Source of the DNA: Bugula neritina
Taxonomy: Eukaryota; Animalia; Bryozoa
DNA: 64,000 bases
Assembly (NCBI GenBank): GCA_964035545.1
Contig: OZ037773.1
Coordinates: 649,751-713,750 of the forward strand
Direction of reading: 5' to 3'
The stretch's first letter is position 1; every line of letters starts with the position of its first letter. The position numbers and the translations under genes were made by a program. The notes beneath the pieces are model-generated. The model saw only the letters and a list, made by a program, of their open reading frames with translations, had not been told where the DNA came from and did no database searches. Below, in pieces: positions 34,001 through 49,400 of this stretch.

Positions 34001-35802
34001 CCGATAACATAGTAGTGAGCCATCGGAGTAACTGTAACACGTTGCTGATAAATAACAAGGCCCCAGCAACAAACTTATGACACATATACTATTACATAAT
34101 ATCAAATGCCATCAAATTACAATAAAACAAAATTTCTTGTCAACACAAAATATATACGAATGCTGAAAACAACAACATAATTGTAACTGTTTCTCTGTAG
34201 AATAATTGAGTAGACAGCTTCATATGAACTCTGGTTATAATGAATGTCAACACTAACTTATACAACATGTGAGGGGAGCCTAAACTTCTAAAATTTGTAG
34301 CAAGGTCATTGAACATTTCAGGACAAGTCAAGTCAAAGCTCTTAATTGAGAATTGAATGAGTCAAAGGTGCTGCCGCATGGAGCACAGTTCAGCAGAGAA
34401 CACACCGAGAGCTTTGTACGAACAGCAATATGGGCTGTTTTGTAGTAGATTTCACAGCGAACTAATTGATTCAGTACTATTTAGTGATTCCACTTTTTGT
34501 GTTACAGTCTTCTTTTTTGTTTAAATTGATTTTGTATTATGAAGAATACAGAGCGGTTTTGAAATTAAATAATTCACAACATGTGGCAGTGAAGAAACTG
34601 GCAAATGTAATTGGTCACTTGAGGCTACTCCAGCAGTGGTTGTTCACTGCAAAACTTTTCACACCTGAAATTCAGGTTCATGTGTCAGAAGCCGAACAAT
34701 TCAACTCGAATAAAAGAATCCTAGTAACTGAGTCGCCATGGTTTGAATTCAGCTTTGCCTTTAGGACAAAATTTTCATTACGGAACTACCAGTTACAACA
34801 AAATATTACATAGAAATCAGTGGGTGAAATCAGTAGCTGATAGCCTAGATACCGAAGGACATCTGGTCAGATCTGGTCACATCAAACTTCTGCAGGGTTC
34901 ACAGTATGTAAATCAGATGATTTTGAAAGAGTGAAGAGAAACAGCACAAAATATGTGTGGAAATTATTTAGTCCGTAAAACATCTGCAAATATTGGCCCT
35001 AAAAACATCATAATGAAGCAATGAACTAGGATGAAAAGTTTTAAATGGACTCACCACTTTCAGGACTCTGACGGTACTGTTTCCTGATTATATAGAGAAT
35101 GGGTGGCTGCACGTGCACCAGCTTGTATTCTATGCCTGTTAAATTTCTAGAAAAATATATAATTTATAATTATGCACATGGTTCTTTGAGACTTTAAAGA
35201 AAAAAACACAATTTATAATCATATACTCTATTCTTAGAGAGCCGCAGAAAACATATAATATATACTCTGTTCATTGATATTTCTCAAAAGCATAAAATAT
35301 AAAATATAAAATGTTTTTTATTATTTCTCTAGTAAAAAAAGTAAAAGTTGTTCAATCTACCGACAGTTTTAAAAGAATTAGTCCATAACATATATAAAGT
35401 GAGATATTCTATTAGTATAGCAGGTGGTCAGTAGAAAGACATATTGAAAGCAAATTTAGAATCTACACAGACAAACAGACAGACAAACAGGCATATTTTG
35501 ACCTACACTAGTTGTTCAATAGATTGGCGCTGCATCTTTATAACCTCGTTGTTACATGTTCGATCATAGAACTTGCTTCTGCCAAAGTAATCCAAAATGT
35601 TGCCAGTATTGAGCAAGGGTATCCATGATGAATCATGCCAAGATATTCCTAGCTCTTAACAGAAAATAGATTGCAAAAGCTAACCTATGTTGAAATGTGA
35701 AAAAACAATAATGAAATTATGCATAAACAAAACTTGGGGCAACTTTTCTGAGGCAGAAAATTAAATTGTATAGCAAAATTATTACTAACCTTCATCAGCC
35801 AT
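31048..35802 (-). CDS. MED6: Mediator of RNA polymerase II transcription subunit 6
   Basis: Spliced exons (~35790-35802, 35506-35654, 35055-35146, 33949-34031, 33314-33352, 32881-32950, 32506-32575, 32119-32191, 31048-31178) give [84 protein letters not shown], the MED6 signature. Possible 5'UTR exon at ~36291-36392. Confidence 0.96.
31179..32085. repeat. 21-bp minisatellite (CCTACAGTTAGTACAGTATTA), ~43 copies, filling the last MED6 intron
   Basis: Direct tandem repeat abutting the 3' splice site. Confidence 0.95.
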
Positions 35803-36833
35803 TATGTGTTGAAGCAGGGAAAACTAAATAAAAAAATCAAATTTTGTGAGTATAAGGCAATGATCACATAAATGATATAATTAAACAAAACTAGTGTGCT
35901 GTTGAAGTTGTTTACAAATCGGAGTGCAAGGAATAACGAGGAATGTATAGTGAGTAGTAGGTTATATGAGCTTCCATTTACTCAGTGATAAGGAGTAATA
36001 CACAAACACACTCTCACACATTTCCTGAGAAGTACTGTCACATTTGTTTGGTATAACAACAGTGTGATTTAAAGCTATAGACTTCATAATTATGACATTT
36101 AATGTAGCAGTGACAGAATGAGAATGACTGTAATAAAAAGTTAAATTACTTTAAACGATTTTACCAAAAACCCAACGTCAATAAACAATCAGGAATAACA
36201 ATTAACAACAAAAATTACTATTAGTATTATTTGAATTTAAAGTTGAAATGGTAGAGCTTGGTACAAGAGAATAAAAATCAATTTCATTTACATTCATATC
36301 AGGCCGAGACAGAGTTTAGATACACTGACTTCGTGCTCAAGTTGGACCGTCGTAAACGTGATGGAAGCCTTTTCATCAGTTTTATTTTAAATCTGCTCAT
36401 ATTGAGATTATACTCATAGTCATTTGATAATCACAATAACATAATGATAATGATAATTAAAACAACATTAATATTATTATCAATAAAAAATTGATTCTAA
36501 AAGTAAATTTAAAAATAATTGATAATTATTATCTAGAAGTAATAGTAGAACTACTATCACTACCGGTACCACTACCACTACCAGTACCGCTACCATTACT
36601 AGAAAATTTATTAGCTTTTATCAATATTCAATAAACGAATAACATTAATTCACTAATGAGTATTTCACTATCACTATGACTAATACCTGTCGATACCTGT
36701 CGATGTTATTTCCACACTGGACTTCCCTAGAGGGAAGAAGGGGTGTGCCTCATATAAAAAACTAAGTTGTCAGTACTTGGACAGTAATCTAAAAAGTGTT
36801 AACATTCTTGTGCAGATTAACTTAACAGGCTAA

Positions 36834-39604
36834 CTAGCCTGTGTGTGTGTGATCAGTGCTGATCCTCATATCTCTTATTGTTCTTGGGAGAAAACTATAA
36901 AGATACCCATTCCTGTTCGCTCTCACTGATCTGGGGAATCCTGCAACCTGAGACCGAGTCTGTACAGTGCTTGTGGTTCGCTGATCTAGAAAATCATCAT
37001 AGGCAGCACTCAGAGTTGGATGTAGTTCTTCCTTAGACAATATTTTTAGGAGAAGGCTGATGCGTCGGTTTTTCCTCCTTAGATCAAGCGGCTCCAAACA
37101 CAGCTTTTTCATCTCCTCCCCAATATCAGTGCTTCCTTTGCTGTTAGAGATAAAACGCACAGCATCTGTTTGAACATTCTCCATTATACTTATATGATTT
37201 TTGCTAGATGGGTCCCAGGCTGCACTGGCATATTCCAAGTGTGGGAGACAGAGGGCTTTGTAGGCAATAAGCTTTGCTCTCCTGGGGGCCCAGTAGAGTG
37301 CACGTTTTATCATACCTAATTGTCGTTTTGCAACAAGAACCTTTTTTAGGATGTGTTGGTCAAATTTACAATCTGATTGCAGTGTTACACCAAGGTATTT
37401 GGTTGAGTCAACATGATCCAACACTGATCCACTGAGCTTGTATCGGGGAGTGTCGGTCTTAGGGTTAAAGCTGATTATCTTGCGCTTGGAGATGTTAAAT
37501 GACATTCCCCACTTATTCGCCCAAGTACTAAGAGAGTCCAGGTTGCGCTGAAATCTCTTACAGTCTTCAGATGAGGGAATTTCTTGGTAAACAAGTGTGT
37601 CATCGGCAAAAAGAGCACAAGAGCAGTTGAGACACTCAGGAAGATCATTTATAAAAACTAAAAAAAGTACCGGCCCTAAGACTGATTCCTGTGGTACACC
37701 TGAGCAAACCGGCTTTGGATCTGAGCTGCAGCCATGTAACACAACATGCTGCTTTCTGTCTGTAAGAAAGTTGTGAACCCAACGTAGCAGATAATTGTCA
37801 ACATCGGCAATTTGAGAAAGCTTCTGTAGCAGAAGTCCATGCGGGACCCGATCAAATGCCTTGGTAAAGTCTAGCACAGCAGCATGGACAGTCTTTTGGT
37901 TATCGATAGCATACAGAATGTCATGCATAGTTGCACAGATCTGCGTCTCACAGGAGAGGCCTCTTCTGAAACCATGCTGCCTGTTGTTGAGCTTTGTGTC
38001 AATCTTTTCTAGCAGGTTTCTCAGGACCATGTGTTCCAAAATCTTGCAAGGAATGCTGGTCAAGGTTATTGGACGGTAGTTATTGACACTGACCGTAGTT
38101 CCTGATTTGTGGAGTCGTGACACATTGGCTCTTTTCCAGTCCAATGGAATTTGCCCAGTTTGAAGAGAAACTTGAAAAATCCTACTCAAGCATGCAGCGG
38201 TAAGTTCAATATCTATGCTCAAATCAGCTTTCCCAAAACTATCAGGACCTGGAGCTTTGCCAGACTTCAAGTTTTTGATTTGTTGAGCTACGCCCGAGAG
38301 AGATACATCAGGCACTTCATTCGTCGCCTCATAGACGAGCATGGGAAGTTGATGAGATGCGGTGAATTGCTGGTAGAAGAAACTGTTGAGCATATCAGCA
38401 CACTTTTTTGGGTCTGATGTGAGAGTACCATCTGGCATAGCAACCTAATTGGGTTATGCGATTTTGTGGAGCCCTTCAAATGTTTGTAAAAGGGTTTACT
38501 GTTCCCTTCTAGAAGTGGCTTACATACCCGAGATTCAATATACTGCTTTTTCAGCCTTTTGAAAGCTTTTTTAGAAACTCTGCGGTGGTAAGCAGCTGCT
38601 TGCCGATCAAAGTCATTTCCGGTCTCCTTGAACCTGTTGTACAGTTTTCTTAGTTTAGTTGCTAGTTTCCGAGCTTCATTAGTAAACCACGCAGGCTCAT
38701 GTCTATTAAGCTTGATCTCCCGCTCCAAGGTAGGCACACAATCAGAAATAGCTTGGCGGAGGCTTCTAGAAAATAATACCCACATAACCTCGACATCATT
38801 CATAACTACAAGCTCATCTGCTACCAAACTGAGTACACGGCGGAAGCGAACGACATCGGCCTTGTGGTATTGTTAAACTGTTTTTATACTATTTGTATGC
38901 TCCGAACTACCTTTGATGGAGATGTGAACCAAAATCAGTGCATGATCGCTCAATCCCGGAAAAATGACCTCATGATGGAGGGAATGTGGGGATGTGGTAC
39001 ACACGAGATCCAGAGTATTGCCATGAATATGTGTTGGCTGAGTTACCAACTGGTACATATCATGCTCAGCTAGAATATCTAAAAACTCTATCTGTAGTGA
39101 CTGGTCTTGCTTATGAGGTTTTGGTAGCATTTGGTGCCAATCAATGCCAGGTATGTTCATATCTCCTACAAGAATGAGTCTGTCCTGTGGGAATCTTTCA
39201 GCGATAGTATGCAGTGATGATCGTACTGTTGATAAGTTTTTATGATTAGGTGGACGATAATAGCAGCCAATAACACAACTCTTGACTCTGACAAATAGTA
39301 ATTCAGTATCATCATTGTTTGGCACAATAACAATGGAGCTATTCAAGTTATCATTTACTGCAATTAACACACCACCACCATTGATAGTTTTATCTTTTCT
39401 ATAAATTGATTTGTTATTATAGTCAAAAATCTGGTGGTTCGGTATTGTGTCATCTATGTGTGTCTCTGTTAAGCAAACTATATCATAATCGTATGTTTCA
39501 ACGGACAATTGCTCTGTTTTACCTTTAAGAGATCTTATGTTAGCTACAAATAGTTTTAGACTGTGGCCTGTGCGGTCTGTGATGCTAGGTTCACATACCT
39601 CCAT
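36834..39604 (-). pseudogene. LINE ORF2 (APE endonuclease + reverse transcriptase), one stop and one frameshift
   Basis: NIRSL..CLTETH..GGGVL..YYRPP..GDMN..PTH..NTLDLV..SDH; KAPGPD..NYRPITL..QHGFR..LDFTKAFD..GVPQESVLGP..FADD..KYLGV. Confidence 0.93.
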
Positions 39605-40581
39605 TCCCCCTCTATTCCTTTACTTTGGATTCTGTTATTTCTTATCCTAAAATTAACATCTGGTTTCTCGTCTTTCATCTCTTTTATAGTTTGACGAAGC
39701 TTGTACTGCTCATTTCTCACTTCCTTGCTCTCATCAAGCTTATAGAATATATTTTTATTTCTAAGAGAAGCATTTGCTATCTTCAAAAACTCCCACTTGA
39801 TGGCTTCATCTTCAAATTCTAGTTTTATTGGCCTTGGCTTGCCAGGAACCCTGGAGGTTAGACGAATAGTTCTGAGGGGGTCCGATGTTCTCATGAAACA
39901 ATTCTGATGCATAAGTTCTTTGATCTGATCATATGTTGGTATTTGGTTATCCTCCGGAATTCCATACAATATCGCATTCTTTTTCCGTAACTCAGATTGA
40001 GAGATTTCCACCTGTTTAGCTAACATCTTGCTGGCATGTTCCTTTACCTCTAAGCTCTTTTTCACATTTACAGCATTTTCTTTTACTGCATCGGCGTAAC
40101 TTTTTTCAAGTTTCTCCAATCTTTTTTCAACAGTAGTTTCATTGGCGGTGAGAGTAGTAGATATTGTACTTATTAGCTCTTCAATATTTTGTATCTTCTG
40201 GTTCAGTTTTGAGCATTGAGAAATTGCACTTAAATCACTCAAACTAGTCTTGCTGCCACCCTTAGTGGCATTCCGTACTTCTCCAATGCAAGAATCACAA
40301 AACCATTGCACCCCTTTTTCATTCAACTTGACAATGGAGTTAACTTCAGGGTTCTGAAGGCTCTGGCATAGGCCATGAAACCATGATTGGCACATGTCAC
40401 AACTAATCCGTCTAGAACTAATTTTTAGTTGTTGACCTTTGTGATTTCCTGTATAACAATCAACATTCTTGCAACTTTTGCAGCAAATGCTATCACCACT
40501 AGGATGGTGATTGCCAATCCCATTACTATCATTACTACAACTATCTTGGCTTTGAGATTGAGATTGTTGGCTGTTGGGCAT
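39556..40581 (-). CDS. LINE ORF1 (PHD finger, coiled coil, RRM-like)
   Basis: CCKSC..CDMCQSWFHGLC..WFCDSC; ELRKKNAILYGIPE; RPIKLEF; intact. Confidence 0.9.
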   Translation of the reverse strand: MPNSQQSQSQSQDSCSNDSNGIGNHHPSGDSICCKSCKNVDCYTGNHKGQQLKISSRRISCDMCQSWFHGLCQSLQNPEVNSIVKLNEKGVQWFCDSCIGEVRNATKGGSKTSLSDLSAISQCSKLNQKIQNIEELISTISTTLTANETTVEKRLEKLEKSYADAVKENAVNVKKSLEVKEHASKMLAKQVEISQSELRKKNAILYGIPEDNQIPTYDQIKELMHQNCFMRTSDPLRTIRLTSRVPGKPRPIKLEFEDEAIKWEFLKIANASLRNKNIFYKLDESKEVRNEQYKLRQTIKEMKDEKPDVNFRIRNNRIQSKGIEGEWRYVNLASQTAQATV

Positions 40582-41741
40582 CTTCAATAGTTAGAGTTAG
40601 TTGTAAGTTGAAGCACCAATGTCTCTTTTTTACTAGTTAAGGTAGTTAAAGTTAAAGGTTAATACTTACAGTTCGAGTAAAACTAGAGTAATTGTAAAAG
40701 TAGCAGCAGTATGAGTAGTATTATTTTTATTGTCACGATGGGTACTAAACTCTGGTCAGTTTTTATTACTGACTCACAGAGAACTAGGCTTTTGAGTTAA
40801 ATTAATGAGCACACCCCTGCCTCTACTAGGGACCTTATTTTGAAATTACGTTAAATTATTTGAAAGTTTAAAATTTAGCGTTCTCCATTATCGAAACTCG
40901 GATCATAATTATAATGATTATCGTTATCAGTTATCACAAGACACGACCATTACAATATTAATATGTATTCTAATTATGTTATATTATATCAATATATGTC
41001 ATATACCAATACTAATACTTATACTTATAGTATCAGTCAGTTATGACTTATGAGTATCAGTATCACTATTACTATTAGTATTACTATAACGATTAGTATT
41101 AGTATTACTATTAGTATTACTATTAGCATAAGCATTAGCATAGAGAGTATCATAGACTATAGACCTTTTATTTTCTACTTTTGGTTTAACTTTAAGTTTA
41201 ACCTTTACGTTTAATTTTTCGAGTTGGTTAAAAATTTAGATTATAATTATTACTTATATATTATAATTATTATACCAAATTCAATCATTATCACTATGAT
41301 TATTAATATTAAACATAATATCATCATGATCAATGGACAATGACTTAGAGTTAGACTATGAGAAATACTCATGATATTGATGTCTTGACTTGAATATGAT
41401 GTCAATAATTATTCAATATTATAATATTAATTATCATTATGTCGCCTGTGAATTTAATCATAAAGTCTAACTTATAACTTATAGGTCATGTCACAATAAT
41501 TATAATAATTAAGATTAGTATTAGGATATAAAATTTAATATCAATCTTATACCAGTACTAGCTACTACTACTAGGTATAGTAGTAAGAATTGAGTTGGGG
41601 TGAAGGACTACTTAGTTTGGAGTTCTCAAGTTTTGAGTTAGGTCTCTCAGTGAACCGGATTATTCTAGTTCGGTGGGTCCCCAAACGCCAAACTTCATTC
41701 GTAGCGAAAATAATTGCTTCAGCTCTGTCATAGCCTCAGTT

Positions 41742-42178
41742 CAGTGTGGTATATTAAGAGTGTTGCCATTAGCAAATCTTACGGAATCATATGGGCGCCA
41801 TTATGCCGAGATTGGTACCGCGAGTTTATATAAGTTATAAAGGAAAAATTTTGCCACTTTTGTTTTTTTATTTTTTTTCTATTTTATGTGTACATTTTTT
41901 TTAATTTTGTTTATTGGTAAAGTTTTTAAACACATTTTTAATGCACATAAAATTAAAAGAAAAATTAAAACTCAATCATGCACATAAATACAAAGCTATA
42001 AAGTTAAAGCTTCGCTGTGATTACAATGTGAATATGAATTGAATAATACTTGCAATAACCATTATACACAAAATACGCTACAGTTGCTATAAATGTAAGA
42101 CTAGTTAATTGGATGCAAATAGGCACGGTAATACTACCTAATTTATGCTATTTTTAAATTTTGTAGTAAATATTTGGC

Positions 42179-42236
<58 letters not shown>

Positions 42237-42321
42237 TATTATATATATTATTATATATATATATATATATTATAATATATATATATATAATATTATTATA
42301 TATATATAATATATAATATTA

Positions 42322-42371
<50 letters not shown>

Positions 42372-43141
42372 ATATCATTATATATATATAATGTATATAA
42401 TTTAATATATAATATAATAATATATTATATATGATATTATTATATATATAATATATAATATAATAATATATTTTATATATTATATATGATATTATTATAT
42501 ATATATAATATATATATAATATAATATATAATATAATAATATATTATATATGATATTATATATATAATATATATAATATAATATATAATATAATAATATA
42601 TAATATATTATTATAATATATATATATATATTATATATAATATTATTATACTTGTATAATATATATATATAATATAATATAATATATATTAATATATAAT
42701 ATATTATTATAATATATATATATATTATAAATAATATAATATAATAATATATATTATATGATATTATATATATATAATATATATACAATATAATAATATA
42801 TTATATTATTATATTATATAATATATATATTATATATAATATTATTATACTTGTATAATATATATATATAATATAATATAATATATATTAATATATAATA
42901 TATTATTATAATATATATATATATATTATAAATAATATAATATAATAATATATATTATATGATATTATATATATAGAATATATATGTAATATAATATATA
43001 ATATAATAATATATTATATTATTATATTATATAATATATTATTATAATATATATATTATATATAATATTAATATACTTATATAATATATATATATATAAT
43101 ATAACAATATATAATATAAAAATATATAATATATTATTATA

Positions 43142-43172
<31 letters not shown>

Positions 43173-43608
43173 TATATAATACATGCCGAATATTTACTAC
43201 AAATTTCAAAAATAGCATAAATTAAATAGTATTACCGTGCCTATTTGCATCCAATTTACTAGTCTTACATTTATAGCAACTGTAACGTATTTTGTGTAAA
43301 ATGGTTATTGCAAGCATTATTCAATTCATATTCACATTGTAATCACAGCGAAGCTTAAACTTTATAGCTTTGTATTTACGTGCATGATTAAGTTTTAATT
43401 ATTTTTAAAATTTTATATGTATTGAAAATATGTTTAAAAACTTTACCAATAAACAAAACTAAAAAAAATAGACACATAATATAAAAAAAAAAATAAAATC
43501 ACAAAAGTGGCAAAATTTATCCTTTATAACTTATATAAACTCGCGGTACCATTAGCGACATAATGATTTTTCATGGTTTAAAGTCAACACTCTTAATATA
43601 CCACACTG
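41742..43608 (+). mobile_element. Non-autonomous hAT-type element copy A (long internal inverted arms around a TA-rich core)
   Basis: TIR CAGTGTGGTATATTAAGAGTGTTG; 8-bp TSD CCTCAGTT (41734-41741 / 43609-43616). Confidence 0.92.
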
Positions 43609-43672
43609 CCTCAGTTTCATTACTAAGCAACAGCTGTTCATGTTCCAACCGCTCTTTTGTATTCTTCACAGT

Positions 43673-46221
<2,549 letters not shown>

Positions 46222-46473
46222 TTCACAGTGTGATCTGTTATTGAACTTTACCCTTTGATTTTACGTAAACATTGTATTTTCTCAGATACGTTAGAGCTCA
46301 TTGTGCTAAATTCTGAAGGAAATGTGAAGTTTAGGGTTAAATAATACTCGTCGGCCTATGTCGACGGCTGTGAATTTAATCATTAATTTTATACCAAGTT
46401 TAGCTTCAAGCATTGCCATTTTTGTTGTAGATTTACTTATATTAAATATGATTTGAAAATTCTGTGTGTTTAA

Positions 46474-49400
46474 ATGGTCATGACTTGCAAAAACTTGCTA
46501 TTATTACTTTTTTCGCTAAGTCTATCTTCTGTTTATGTTATTCATATTGTAACTGCTGTGAAAACCGCACCGTTTACAGAAGCATCTTCTACTGTCTTTG
46601 GGCAAGATGGTGCAAAAAATTCTAAAATAGTCGCATTTGCTGACCTTAACTTTGATAAAAAGACAGACATAGTCACTCTCTCTACTGCAGGTAAATACTT
46701 CAGATTATTTGGCCTTGCCCTTTGGAAGTTTGGAATAGCCAAAGTCATACTGATACTCATACTAATCATAACATTAACTCATTATGATTTAGTTTAATAC
46801 TAATACTAATAGTAATAGCAAGTTAATGAATTTTTTCACGTATTCATATAATCGTAAACGGTAATGACTAATGCCAATGGTATAACTATAAGTTATAACT
46901 TATATTTATAACTATTACTATTAGTATTACTATTAGTATTAGTCTTAGTATTAGTCTTAGACTTAGTATTACTATTACTATTAGCAATAATGCCATCACG
47001 ATTGCTATAACTGTATAAACTATAAATATAGTATTAAGTATAAGTATAATATTAAGTAATAAATATATTAACGAATATTTATATTTATAATCATATTGTA
47101 ATAAGGATTACCACTACTAGGTACTAGTTACTGTTAGTACTACAACAAATACTACTAATACTACGTCAATATGTCTACTACTGGTATAAGTTGTACACTA
47201 CTACTAGTACTAGTTTTTTAGTAGTACTACTACTAGTAGACGTAGTAGTATAACTATAAATATTACTACTGCTACTACTGCTACAGCCACCACCATCACT
47301 ACTACTAGTCGTACTAGTCACTAGTGGTAGTAATGCTACCAGTATCACTATTAAGAAAAGTATTACTCAACTGTTACTAGTGGAATAATATATTACTAGT
47401 ACTCTGAATATTTATTATTTAATATAATTTTCAAGAGTAAGACATAGTAACTACTGACTATCACTATGTCTATAAGTATAATTATAAGTTATATCCTTGT
47501 TGCCTTATTAGTATAAGTTTGTTATTAATTTTGATACTGGTGTTGAACTTTTTATTATTTAACTGGTAGAAATTAAAATTGTTGATAGTTAGTTGAACAT
47601 TTTGGTTATTCCATTTATTCAGTTTTTAAAATGAATTAATTAACTAATTTTAGTAATAGTAATACTTTAAGTGATTAATGGTAATGCTAATACTAATAAT
47701 TTAATTGCAGTGATTTTGTTTGTGAAAATTTGGTTAGTAGAAAATACACGGGTCTGAATATCGTGATAACTACTCTTTAATCATTTACCTTTGTGGGGCC
47801 AAGCAGAGGATGTACTAATAGTAATATACTTATGACAAAAGGAAATTTAATTCTATTATATAAAATTAGAATTGTGAGTATGAGTAAAGCATTGAAAGTA
47901 AAATGCAACAAAAATAATATTGCGTCAGTTAGACATTTTGCCTAATAGGTTATAGACATATGATAATATAAAGCACCAATGGGCAGCCATGACCCTTTAT
48001 CATTTAATGGTTATAACTTTGTGTTCCCGTTAAAATTTGTTATACCAATAATTATATTAATGATATTGAAATATAACTCAACATAAATATTATAATGTTA
48101 GAAATATCTATTTTACATATTATTATAATATAAAACTTGTGTATGATTATAGTCTCCAACCTTGTGAAAACCCCTGGTGGTAAAGGGCTTATTTCTATTG
48201 TGACAACGAAGTAATTATAACTGAAGGCCCTTCATAGTATGATCACCACTGACCTTATGTTTACTATGCTGGTGATTTAGCTACATGTTATATTATTCTA
48301 TAGTAGACTAAATACACTTATCTATGTTACATTTGTGATCATAGATGTGATCTAAATAAAAAGGTTATCTTGTTATATATGTAGCAATTTAGAGCAGATT
48401 ATATCTCTTCTGTCCATACTTTAATTACATTGTTTAAATCATTATAAAAATGTATAACTCAGGGCAAATAATGTGTATTTGAGGTGAATAGCGCAACATG
48501 TGTGTAACAAATCTGTTTCTCTCCCTACAGAAATTTTAATAGCAAATAATCATGTACGGGATTCAGGTAAATAAATGTCTCTAAGAAAGGAGTATCAAGT
48601 ACAATAGAAGATACTGTATACTTGTTATTACATTGTGTCACAACAGTAGGGTGTGGGACAATCAGTTAAAAGTGCTCATCAGTTTGTAAGCTAAACAAGC
48701 TTAATATGTAATTATATAACAACCTATTTTATTATCTGTTTATTCATTGAGCTTACTTTCATATGCAAGATATTATCTTGTATTCATCAAAATATGATTA
48801 TATGTTGTTGCTCGTACCACAGCGTACTATGTTGAATTATATAATGTGTTATGGAGATGTAAATGTTTCATGTAATGTGCTGTTATAGATGGAGTTCTAC
48901 GATCTTTATTCATTGGAGAGGAGGGTGACACCACAGTCGTCTCTCAGCTCCTGAAATTGAATGACTCACACAAGCTATCAGCAGTAGTTCCTGCTGACTT
49001 TGATGGTGACCTATTTACGGACTTCCTGTTTATATATGCTACTGGCAATGACAATCTGCACCGACTACAGATCTGCTATGGTACAGCTACTAATCACTAT
49101 GACCCGTGCAATGAAATCAGTGAGATGAGTGAAGGAGAGCCAATGATACTGGAGTAAGTAGGACTATGATTCAGTTGTGTAACAACTCCTTCCTTCCACT
49201 TACATACTGAGGTCTAGATTCTTGCTTAGCTTCAGTTTATGATTTATGATTTGGTGTTGATGTATGGAGCATGTTTATTTTATTTCCCAAGCTGCCAACT
49301 GCCAGGCTCAGGTTACATGAACAACTCTGCAACTCTTTTAGTAATAGACAGTGGTATAGAGAGTTGCTGATGCAAGTATTAAATTAATAGAGAAGATTTC

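Larger units (their letters stand above)
36683..40800 (-). mobile_element. Near full-length CR1-type LINE
   Basis: ORF1 plus ORF2 (APE-RT); 3' end in a short tandem repeat (ATCGACAGGT)x2 at ~36685-36704. The 5' boundary is approximate. Confidence 0.92.

Noticed and set aside
34466-34934. ORFs in a MED6 intron
   Set aside because: No recognisable domain; likely decayed repeat or chance ORFs.
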